Below are positions 1 through 8,396 of a stretch of 32,000 nt of DNA, piece by piece. The notes below the pieces were generated by a model. The model was given only the letters and a program-made list of their open reading frames with translations. It had not been told where the DNA came from and searched no databases. Each line of letters begins with the position of its first letter. Positions within the stretch are counted from its first letter, which is position 1. The position numbers and the translations under genes are program-made. The stretch is from assembly GCF_018398935.1 (NCBI RefSeq), contig NZ_CP074694.1, forward strand, positions 2,250,001-2,282,000, in the 5' to 3' direction. The DNA is from Telmatocola sphagniphila (lineage in GTDB: Bacteria; Planctomycetota; Planctomycetia; Gemmatales; Gemmataceae).

Positions 1-695
1 ATCACCTTAACCACTGGATGGCCGTCGTAGGGAGCCACGAGGACGTTCGATGGTTTGATGTCTCGGTGTATGATCCCTTTTTGATGCGCGTGCTGAATGG
101 CCTGGCAGACCGCGACAAAAAGTTCCAGGCGTTGTCTGGGTTGCAACCGATGTTCGTCGCAATATTTTGTGATGGAAGTGCCCTTAACCAATTCCATCAC
201 AAAATAGGGTCGTTGACCGACGATTCCGGCATCGTAGATACGAGCGATATTAGGATGATCCATCAGGGCCAATGCCTGCCGCTCGGCTTCGAAGCGCGCC
301 ACGACTTTTGCAGAATCCATCCCCGCCTTGACGAGTTTTATGGCGATCATTCGGCGGACCGGTTCCTGCTGCTCTGCCATCCAAACCGTACCCATGCCCC
401 CTTCGCCTATTTTTTGAAGCAGCTTATAGGGACCAATCAGAGTGCCGGGCTTATCGTCGGGTTCGAATTTCAGAGTGTCGGGATCGATCCATTTGCCAGC
501 GGGCATGTCGACTGTAGCCTCGAAGCGGGCAACAGGCTGTTCCAGGAAGCTCTTTTCTTGCTGGTGCAGACGCAGCAGTTCTGCGATTTGCTTTCGCAAT
601 TCGGCATTGTTGCCGCAAGCCCCTTCCAGGTAGGCTTCGCGTTCAGCTTCGGTTTTCTTTTTCAAGGCTGCGGCGAAAATGAGGCTTTCATTCAT
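1..695 (-). CDS. Ser/Thr protein kinase, N-terminal 231 codons (gene continues past the left edge of the window)
   Basis: Not in the supplied ORF track because it runs off the edge. Reverse translation from ATG at 695 (AAGGAAG 7 nt upstream) stays open to position 3. It reads MNESLIFAAALKKKTEAEREAYLEGACGNNAELRKQIAELLRLHQQEKSFLEQPV, then GPYKLLQKIGEGGMGTVWMAEQ (Gly loop), IAIKLVK (catalytic Lys), and HQKGIIHRDIKPSNVLV (HRDxKxxN loop). The + ORF 18..743 is its codon-aligned antisense shadow. Confidence 0.85.
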   Translation of the reverse strand, partial: MNESLIFAAALKKKTEAEREAYLEGACGNNAELRKQIAELLRLHQQEKSFLEQPVARFEATVDMPAGKWIDPDTLKFEPDDKPGTLIGPYKLLQKIGEGGMGTVWMAEQQEPVRRMIAIKLVKAGMDSAKVVARFEAERQALALMDHPNIARIYDAGIVGQRPYFVMELVKGTSITKYCDEHRLQPRQRLELFVAVCQAIQHAHQKGIIHRDIKPSNVLVAPYDGHPVVKV

Positions 696-789
696 GGTAG
701 ACTTCCTTATTCCTGGAGTCGCCAATTCATTTTTTCACTCTAATCCCAATGCGCCAAATCCGGGGAAAACCCCCGGAAGAATTTAGTAA

Positions 790-1350
790 TTATTTCGCTT
801 CGCGCTGCATGTCCCGTTTCAACCACACTTTAGCGTAAGTCCAATCTTCCTCGGCGGTTGATAAAGAGATGCTTAAAATCGCGGCGGCTTCAGCCAAAGT
901 GCAGCCAGCAAAATAACGCAGTTTTACCAGTTGGGATTTTCGAAACGATTTGGCTTCTAGTCTTTCCAGACTCTCATTCAAAGCGAGTATGTCAATCGCT
1001 TCGACCGGGGCTTTGATCGAAGGTTCGTGTTGCTCAAGTTCCTTCTGTTGAAGTTGGCCGCCTCGCTTCAGGCGACTTTTGCTACGAGCTTTTTCGACGA
1101 GAATCCTCCGCATCGCTTCCGCAGCGGCAGCAAAGAAATGACCGCGTCCTTCAAAGTGCTGGTCGCCGACCAATCTGAGATACGCTTCGTGTACTAAAGC
1201 CGTGGCTTCCAAGGTCTGCCCGGGCGTTTCCAACGCCATTCTTGCAGCCGCGAGTTTCCGAAGTTCTTCGTAAACCAGGGGGAGCAACTCCGCTGCCGCC
1301 TGATTATTTCCACGATGAGCCGCCACCAGTAACTGAGTCAGATCGGACAT
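790..1350 (-). CDS. ECF-type RNA polymerase sigma factor of the Ser/Thr-kinase-associated class (Sigma70_ECF / TIGR02999-like)
   Basis: 186-aa ORF with ATG start. LLPLVYEELRKLAAARM, TLEATALVHEAYLRLVG and HFFAAAAEAMRRILVEKAR, plus a region-4 HTH (RYFAGCTLAEAAAILSISLSTAEEDWTYAKVWL), are hallmarks of this family. It lies 94 nt upstream of the kinase on the same strand. Confidence 0.85.
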   Translation of the reverse strand: MSDLTQLLVAAHRGNNQAAAELLPLVYEELRKLAAARMALETPGQTLEATALVHEAYLRLVGDQHFEGRGHFFAAAAEAMRRILVEKARSKSRLKRGGQLQQKELEQHEPSIKAPVEAIDILALNESLERLEAKSFRKSQLVKLRYFAGCTLAEAAAILSISLSTAEEDWTYAKVWLKRDMQREAK

Positions 1351-1426
1351 GAAGGAATAGTGTATTTCCCTCTCGATAAGCTGCCAATCAGATGCCGGTT
1401 TAAGGTGCTCCGGTCACATAGGCCAG

Positions 1427-1458
1427 TTGGAGATTTTTCGAATTAAAAAAATCTCCTT
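1427..1458. promoter_or_regulatory. Perfect 10-bp-arm inverted repeat GGAGATTTTT-N8-AAAAATCTCC upstream of sigma gene 790-1350; contains the shared element TAATTCGAAAAATCTCCAA
   Basis: Read directly: the arms are 1429-1438 and 1447-1456. The minus strand of 1427-1445 reads TAATTCGAAAAATCTCCAA, matching 31438-31457 except for one extra A. It lies 79-106 nt upstream of the ATG at 1350. Function (operator, promoter or 5' UTR hairpin) is unknown. Confidence 0.35.
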
Positions 1459-1591
1459 CCCCCGGCCACATCTCTCTCCTACCGGGTAATTAACAGATAG
1501 CCCTATTTTCTGTCCCCGTCAGACGACCGATCGTGCGGCGAACGTCAGATCGGCGAAGCTCATAGCAACAATTAGGACCTGGCGACCTGCT

Positions 1592-4000
1592 TCATTTGAC
1601 GACTTCCAGCTGGTTCAAATCATCAATGACGATCTCATACTCCACAAGATGTCCGTAAATATTGTCGTCATGTTTGGAAATTGACCCCGTTACCCGGATC
1701 GTTTTCCCTTCGAAGTGCTTCTCGATGTTCTGAATTCCCGCCCGGTTGAATTGCCGAACCGCCTTGGCCGTCAGGACCGCCCCGAAACGCTGCATGATGC
1801 CGTCTATTGGAGCTTTTGAACGAAGCCCGACATCCTCCAGGCCGCGGCCCTTCTCGAACACCGCTTCGTCGCGAGCCTGATTGAACAGTTTCTCGTTCGT
1901 TCTGGTCACTGACTCGACTTGGAATTCGACAGGGGGCTGGCTCTTATTGAATTCCTTCATTCTTGTCGGGTCGGAGGCCGCCCGGATGGCATCTTCAGGC
2001 GTCAGGCACTTGGTCTTTTCTTTCGCGACTGCCTGGACTTCGAGTTCCAACTTTCCTGTTCCTAGCTTACCGAATACAGAATCGACGTTATTCAGGAAAC
2101 CCGACGACGAGTTTCCAATCACACGTTCGTACTGGAGGTTCACTTTGCCAGTTCCCACGAGGAGGAACTTCTCTTTGGTCCCAGCCTTTGCTCCCTCGCC
2201 CACGGGAATAAGCTCGTAACGCATTCCGGCGGCAGCGCTCATTCGTGTTTGAAGCACGGCTTCCTTCCCCGGCTCCAGCGTTATGGTTGTCGTCCCGTGT
2301 ATTCCGAGCATACTGGTTCCAAATTGAGGGATAGCCTTCCCGTTTGAGTCTGTCATGATGGGACGCTGTTCGTCCAGAAATTGAGGAATGTAATCGAACT
2401 TCAAAGTCTCCTTGCTGACATTGCGGACCCGGACGAAGAGAGTGACGATCTCACCCTGCTGATAGACCCGCTTCGCTCCGGGAGGCAAACCCAGGCCCGC
2501 TTGCAGGCCACCAGCCTCCTTGCCCCAAGCGGTGAAGGCTTCCTTATCTGGAGTCGGCTTCTGCGGCTGTTTCACTTCGAGCTCCAGCTTACCGGTACTC
2601 AGGGTCATTCCAGGACCCCCGACCCGAACATCGCCCACAACGTCCTCCACCTTATACTGAATCTGGAACTTTCCGGTTCCGTAGAGGGTCCATGCGGAAT
2701 TTTGCTCTCGATCCGTCTCTGGCCGAACGGCGAGTTCCAATTGAATCAGGTCCACCTCTTTGCCGGGTGCAAGAGACTTCTTCCGGATAAACCCAAATAT
2801 GGAAAAACCCTGGATCGAACGGGCTTTTCCCTCGGAGTCCGTGACGTGCGGAGGATTCTTGTAAAAATACTCGGCATTATCACGAAACCGAACGGTTTCT
2901 TTACTGTTGTTGCGTAGTCGGAGGATCAGAGTAACGCTTTCCCCGACCTGGTAAACACGCTGGTTACCAAGTCGGATGCCGAGCTGCACACCTTCGACTT
3001 CCTTGCCCCAGGCGGTGAACGGTTCTTGCTCCTGTTTTGCTGCCGGCCTCATTGGAAACTCCGCGGCTCGCTTCGAAACGTCCTGTCCAGCCACTGTACG
3101 ACTCGCAAGGAAGGTTACCCCAGTGGCTCCAAAGCCGAGAATTAGCACAAGTGCGATAGCCGCAGTCTTGAGTTTGGTAAGGAACATGGCTTTCAGCACT
3201 CCTTCCGCGATGGCGACAACCTTTCCCGAGATCACTCCTGTGGCAACCTCCGTCCCGGTCACAAAGATTGTTGCCGATTTGATTGTGGAGACCAGTAATA
3301 AGTTCGGCACGCTCGCTGATAGAACATTCTGCGCTAGCACCGTTGCCAACGCTCCTCCGGACAAAGCGATACCCCGTTTGCTGAGTTGCTTCGCCAGCAG
3401 GATTCTTGCTCTTGCCAATCGGCTTGCCACCGTGCCTTCTGCACAGCCAAGTTGTCCTGCCACTTGTTTGCGAGTCTGTCCTTCCAGGTCGCACAGGACG
3501 ATCACGCTTCGATAGTGGTCCGGTAAGCGGCTCAATTCCTCGTCCAGTGCGGCTTGCAGAGAAAGCCATTCGACTTTTGGAGTCGAAATTGGTTCTGGCA
3601 GCTCTATCACTTGGCTTTCTCGCTCTCTCCTCTTGGCAATAGTCGCTCTCGCTTTCAGTGACGTTTGATAGGCCACCCCATACAGCCAGTTGGCCAACAA
3701 CTCCGGGGAAGTAATCGACCCCGCTTTTCGTACAAGAACGAGGAAAGTGGCTTGAAAGGCGTCCTCGGCCGCGTGGTGATTGAACAAAATGCGACGGCAT
3801 ACCCCCCACACCATCGGTGCGTGCCGCTCCACTAGGATTTCTAATGCCCTCTCGTCGTGGCGACTTATGTATTCTTCCAGTAGTTTTCCGTCGGTAAGCC
3901 GTGCATCATTGCGTAGAATCTGACGGATACACTGTATAACGGCGTTTCGTTGTCCCATTGCGATCCAACTTCCTTGCGAAGCATTTCGGCTCTCTACCAT
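1592..4000 (-). CDS. Membrane-anchored ECF sigma factor fusion: sigma regions 2 and 4, one TM helix, two tandem extracytoplasmic modules, and a C-terminal domain of unknown function
   Basis: 802-aa ORF. The N-terminus has region 2 (ALEILVERHAPMVWGVCRRILFNHHAAEDAFQATFLVLV) and a region-4 HTH (YRSVIVLCDLEGQTRKQVAGQLGCAEGTVASRLARARILL). A hydrophobic helix spans about aa 277-299 (KTAAIALVLILGFGATGVTFLAS). Two homologous modules follow, starting EPFTAWGKEVEGVQLGI and EAFTAWGKEAGGLQAGL, each ending GTGK..LQYE/GKLELEV. An alternative start is MGQRN at 3958. Confidence 0.8.
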   Translation of the reverse strand: MVESRNASQGSWIAMGQRNAVIQCIRQILRNDARLTDGKLLEEYISRHDERALEILVERHAPMVWGVCRRILFNHHAAEDAFQATFLVLVRKAGSITSPELLANWLYGVAYQTSLKARATIAKRRERESQVIELPEPISTPKVEWLSLQAALDEELSRLPDHYRSVIVLCDLEGQTRKQVAGQLGCAEGTVASRLARARILLAKQLSKRGIALSGGALATVLAQNVLSASVPNLLLVSTIKSATIFVTGTEVATGVISGKVVAIAEGVLKAMFLTKLKTAAIALVLILGFGATGVTFLASRTVAGQDVSKRAAEFPMRPAAKQEQEPFTAWGKEVEGVQLGIRLGNQRVYQVGESVTLILRLRNNSKETVRFRDNAEYFYKNPPHVTDSEGKARSIQGFSIFGFIRKKSLAPGKEVDLIQLELAVRPETDREQNSAWTLYGTGKFQIQYKVEDVVGDVRVGGPGMTLSTGKLELEVKQPQKPTPDKEAFTAWGKEAGGLQAGLGLPPGAKRVYQQGEIVTLFVRVRNVSKETLKFDYIPQFLDEQRPIMTDSNGKAIPQFGTSMLGIHGTTTITLEPGKEAVLQTRMSAAAGMRYELIPVGEGAKAGTKEKFLLVGTGKVNLQYERVIGNSSSGFLNNVDSVFGKLGTGKLELEVQAVAKEKTKCLTPEDAIRAASDPTRMKEFNKSQPPVEFQVESVTRTNEKLFNQARDEAVFEKGRGLEDVGLRSKAPIDGIMQRFGAVLTAKAVRQFNRAGIQNIEKHFEGKTIRVTGSISKHDDNIYGHLVEYEIVIDDLNQLEVVK
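2033..3025 (-). repeat. Intragenic tandem duplication encoding two ~150-170-aa modules (aa 326-478 and 487-656 of the sigma fusion)
   Basis: Hand alignment shows FTAWGKE.(E/G)G.Q.G(I/L), RVYQ.GE.VTL..R.RN.SKET..F, TDS.GKA, L.PGKE, GTGK...QY and TGKLELEV conserved in both copies. Confidence 0.7.
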
Positions 4001-4506
4001 AGTACTACCGGCAGAGGTTCAATTTGATCCATTAGTAGCCAAGATTTTTGAAATTGATCCGCTTCTAGATCTTTTGAATGAATGACGGACAGTTACTTCA
4101 GCCTCGAAAATAACTCATAAAGTGCCAGCTTTGAATAGGTTTTTGACTTTCGACACGGGATCGGGGTAAGCTTGCAATTCGGTATCTCGTCATTATCAGC
4201 GATCCTATGCGCCGTTTCTCCCTGCAACAAAGGGGAAGCGATTCAGGTGGGGCCCGAAGACTTGATTGACAATTAAAAACGGAGACAAGTTAGACTTATG
4301 CCACAACTCTACTAATTGCCTTCTGCGACCAATTTGAGCTATGAAGTAACTCCAACTATTAGCGACGTCTCCACCAGAACTAAGAAAATCGCATTCAAAA
4401 CAACAGCAATTGCAATCTGTTACCAACCTGTTACCTCGGCCCTCCTACAAATTGATATAGTTTCATTCACAGATCCGTTCTCCATGACCTCGATGGGACG
4501 ATATTT

Positions 4507-5580
4507 ATGAGGACGTTTTATTTTCTCATTCTTCTTGCTACGCCGACAATGGCCGGCGCCAGCGACATTACCGAGATAAAAATAGAAGAGATCGATGAAC
4601 AGATCTGTCTGCGGTCTGACGGGACCGCAACCTACTCATTCCGAGGACATAGCAACCGGAACTGGCACGACGAACGGGTTGGGTTGTTTGAAGCTAAACT
4701 AGATCCGCGGGAGTTTAACCGTCTCACCCGACTTCCCGGCGCGATACGGTTCGATGACTTGAAAGGCCACTATCTCCCCTACTCAACCAGGGTCGTGAGA
4801 ACTACTGTAGTCCGACACGATAAACTGAAGACTCTCGAACGGCATGACCGCAGTCTTACTACGGATCCCGAACCTCCAACGGACCTTTGGGATCTCGAAA
4901 TGGCCGTAAGAGGATTAGCATCACAAATCAAATGGGAACGAGTGCCGCAAGGGCTGAAAGTCAATTTGAGCGAAGGTTCGGTCAACGACCGACAAGTCCT
5001 AGTTCGCGAGGCGGGAACCAACATCCCGGTCGGATTTGTGTTGAGCGACCGTCGAGAAATTGTTGTGTCTACGGCCCCAGGCAACTATTTTGTGGAAGTA
5101 TCGGAATCAGAATCGGGAAAGTCCAAAGACTTATCGAAACACCTTATTTCCATTAAAGAGGGGAAGTACACTCCTCTGAAAATAGATTTGCGGAAAACCT
5201 CGGGAATCGGCGCATCTCAACCTCTCGAAGAATTCGTGATCCAATCTCCAAATTGCTGGTGGCTGCGCTGTGCCGCGGACGGTTCAGGAATCATGGGTTT
5301 CGGGACAGCCCTAGCGAACTCGACGGAATTTTCAGCGGGTACAATTGATTTCACTGGAGTTGTTGCCGCGTTAAGGAAAACCGAGTCCGATCAAGCGTTC
5401 GGATCGAGATTCTTTATTTCTTACCTCTCAAAAGGAAGTGCAGTTCTAACGCTCTACTCGAAAGACGGCCTTTTAGTGAAAGGGCTATTCGCAAAGGCGG
5501 CAGAAAAGACACGAAGTTCAAATCGAGGCAGCCATTTCGATCAGGTCTGGGCCAGCAAACCTCCGGATTTGGAGAAATGA
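4507..5580 (+). CDS. Hypothetical secreted protein
   Basis: 357-aa ORF with a signal-peptide-like N-terminus (MRTFYFLILLATPTMAGASD). I recognise no family motif. It is divergently arranged from the membrane-anchored sigma gene. Confidence 0.6.
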   Translation: MRTFYFLILLATPTMAGASDITEIKIEEIDEQICLRSDGTATYSFRGHSNRNWHDERVGLFEAKLDPREFNRLTRLPGAIRFDDLKGHYLPYSTRVVRTTVVRHDKLKTLERHDRSLTTDPEPPTDLWDLEMAVRGLASQIKWERVPQGLKVNLSEGSVNDRQVLVREAGTNIPVGFVLSDRREIVVSTAPGNYFVEVSESESGKSKDLSKHLISIKEGKYTPLKIDLRKTSGIGASQPLEEFVIQSPNCWWLRCAADGSGIMGFGTALANSTEFSAGTIDFTGVVAALRKTESDQAFGSRFFISYLSKGSAVLTLYSKDGLLVKGLFAKAAEKTRSSNRGSHFDQVWASKPPDLEK

Positions 5581-6129
5581 ACGACATCTCCTCCCGAGGT
5601 CCCGAAAATTGAATTGACTCTAACGTGTTTGAGCGATCGTGGCATAGCCGATCTCGGGTCCCCCACTGCTTTGCTCGAAAGTCTTCAGGAGACTCAGTTC
5701 TTCCTTCGGTCCACGATTGCAAGCCAGGGAGTCTGTTTCTGCTTCCCTTTTCCTCTACCAAAGCGATTACTGCAAGATTCATTGTCATAAGAGTTTTCAA
5801 TCTTCGCTAGGCCAAGGCTATTGTTCGGTACTCCGAGAAGCTTTTCGCTTGTTCAACTTGTGCCAGATAATCGTTGCCGGTTTTCTCCTCACAGCTAAGA
5901 GTGTTTGTCGAACCTCGTCGCCAATTGATCTTTTTTAACCACACCCGCAACCGGGCCTCTTTAAGGAGCACCTTGTGAGTCACCTGGGCCATTTGCCATT
6001 GAGCAGCGCCACTGCCCGCTTTGGTAATGCTTCCCAGGAGCCAGAATAAAAAAATCGAACGGTGATTGAGAGCCGGAATCTTTTTTTTCGAGCAAATGTT
6101 GAGAATTTTTCAAAAAGATCAATCTTGGG

Positions 6130-6558
6130 TCAGTATTCCTGTTTTCGAATCGCCTCGATGAGTTCTTTTCTCCAAGCGTTCGCCCCGTCCGGCTTATCCG
6201 AATCCTCTTTATCCGCGCTGGTATTGAAGAATACCGCATAATCCACATTGCTGGGCAGGTGTTCCATATAGGTAGCGATCCCGGCGATCCCGCCATTTTT
6301 TTCATAGAGGTACTTACCCTCTTTCTCGGCGATCACCGAATCCCAGCCCAGTCCATTGTGTTTATCCTTGGAGGGGAGACTGGGCAACGGAGCCAGCATT
6401 TCCCGATAGGACGCTTTGGTGAGGAGCGGTTTGCCCCGAGTTCCTTCCAAGGCGGTCAAGAACTGGACAAAGTCGATCGGCGATCCTTGACAATCGGCTG
6501 CTTGTCTCAGGCCGTCCGCCTTTCCCCTCCAGCGTCGGCATTTTCCCCTCGAACCCAC
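6130..6558 (-). pseudogene. 5'-truncated serine hydrolase (beta-lactamase-family) fragment, C-terminal ~115 aa only
   Basis: The ORF opens directly after an in-frame TGA (6559-6561) with a GTG. SPIDFVQFLTALEGTRGKPLLTKASYREMLAP...NGLGWDSV...YEKNGGIAGIATYMEHLPSNVDYAVFFNTS resembles the C-terminal third of class-C-like serine hydrolases. No SxxK N-terminal part is found upstream. Confidence 0.5.
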
Positions 6559-6828
6559 TCAGAGGGTGTTGAGGCTTACCGATCCTTAGTTATTGCGATT
6601 AAACCTCCTGGAGAAGTAATGTAGAGCCTCTGGCCTTCGCCCCTCCGCTTCCAACTAAGAACCAGGCTCTGCCAACCTTTGATTCTGCCAATTAAATCAC
6701 ACCAGTTGGAAATTTTGACGGCTTTTTGGAAAGAGAATTTTTTCGACAGCCAAAAACCCTTGCATCGTTTGACCTAATGGCTTAAGCTGAGGCTCTCTCT
6801 CCCTCCAAAACCCTTGGAGTTTTTTGTT

Positions 6829-7137
6829 ATGAAAAGTCCTATTCTTGAAGAAGAAGCTCGAGAGCTTCATTACGCGATTTGTTATTTTGGATCTAATTGT
6901 CCGCATCCGTTCGGATTGATTTCTTCACTCATTTCGAATGCCACGACCAAAACATGTATGGAGACCTTCGAGTCGTCCGATGAAGCTGAAAAACGGCTTC
7001 AGGATGTGATCAAAACTACCGAGGCGCTGATCGTCACAAAGGTATCAAAAATTGATATGTTGCGTCGGTGGCAAAACCAAATTCGAGCGACGAATAAGGA
7101 ATACGACATTAACTTTGTCATGAAGATGAATGAATAG
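6829..7137 (+). CDS. Hypothetical protein (low-GC segment)
   Basis: ATG at 6829 is preceded by GGAG about 10 nt upstream. The ~102-aa ORF has no recognisable motif and weak coding support. Confidence 0.3.
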   Translation: MKSPILEEEARELHYAICYFGSNCPHPFGLISSLISNATTKTCMETFESSDEAEKRLQDVIKTTEALIVTKVSKIDMLRRWQNQIRATNKEYDINFVMKMNE

Positions 7138-8396
7138 AAATTGCTGATATTTTTGGTCGCGAAACAGATGGGGACTACACGCCGCCTCCACACGGATGCG
7201 GAGGTGCGCGTCAGGATGCTCGTACTATCAGACTCTTATCCACTCCTGAGAGTACGCGTACAACTGGTTTACTGGTATCGCTCCAGTTCGACTGGCTCTG
7301 AAAACGTTGATAGAAACCACTGTCAGTCGTATCGCTTCGGCCGTCCGAACCTGATTTCGAGGCTCGGTTACAGTCCGAAATGCAAACTTCGCAAACTTCG
7401 TTTCTCACGCAAACGAAACAATAGGACGCCGTGATAGTGTTTTTTATGATCTGCTCGATGGTGTCTAAAGTTTTGTGAAGAGTGCCCCTCGCTTGGAGCT
7501 TGTGCCGAAGGGAAGAGCCTCCCACCAAGATGTCAATCCCCGTAAATGGAGGATTCCTTCAAAAGATATCTCTTTCAACAAGCTGTCCTTTATTGCCGCT
7601 TCATTCGTCGGCTCTTCTGCCAGGGGAACTCCAGCTCGGCCTGCCCTATTCAAAGAGCCTACTGGCACAGGGCGTATCTCAAGATTACCAAAGTGTCAGT
7701 AGTTCCGCGATACTCGAATCTCCCTAATGGCTATCCCATTGGAGCCCTCTAAATCTTCTCTAAATTCCCAGCCTTTTTGCGTCAGTACCTTTGAGGGAAG
7801 TCTAGCTTTGGCTTCTTTCCGGTGAGCCTCTTTTGAGGCACCACTTTACCCCTTTTCAATCCACGACAACCACCGACCCCCGGCGGTTGTTTCGTTTCAG
7901 GAGACTACTCATGCTCATTCCGATGACCGTTCCTGTTTCTATTCCCGTGCTGTCGCTCGAAGCTCGCCAGCAGGCGTTCGTGACGATTCTGCCCCTGTTG
8001 GAGACGAAGGCTCGTTTCGCCTTGCGAGATCTGACCATTCCATACCTCAAGGTTCAAAAGGATTGCCAGCTCCACTCACTCAATTTTCTTCTGTGAAAAA
8101 TGATCGAAATTGATATTTTTTGTCAAAAAAATGAGACCAGACTCCGCACCTTCGCTTTAGCTGAACTGTCCCACTAACTGCGCATCTCAGATGAGAAACG
8201 CTGCGGCGGCTGAACCGATACCCCCGCCGAGAAGATAAAAACTTTGGAAGGAATCACCATGTAACATTTCTACTGTGAATCGTGAAATTCCATTAGATCC
8301 GCGCTCTTGGGAAATGCGGATTTGTTTCAGGGTGAGGGACGTGGATAACAATCTACGCTCGAAATATTTTCGCGTGATCGAATTAGTCGCGCCGCT

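Noticed and set aside
18-743. 241-aa plus-strand ORF, the only track ORF covering the left end
   Set aside because: It is the codon-aligned antisense of a minus-strand Ser/Thr kinase with clear Gly-loop and HRDIKPSN motifs. Its own sequence has no motif and has an antisense-type composition.
2381-3809. Several long ORFs (2381..2917 +, 2964..3809 -, 2976..3515 +, 3406..3642 +) inside the 802-aa sigma fusion gene
   Set aside because: They are off-frame or antisense shadows. Their R/G/S/P-rich composition is typical of wrong-frame translation, whereas the 802-aa frame carries sigma motifs and internally repeated domains.
7470-7830. Minus-strand frame with only one internal stop (..KGWEFREDLEGSNGIAIREIRVSRNY*HFGNLEIRPVPVGSLNRAGRAGVPLAEEPTNEAAIKDSLLKEISFEGILHLRGL..)
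   Set aside because: It reads protein-like, but I cannot assign a family, and a stop lies immediately upstream. It is left as part of the gene-poor segment finding.
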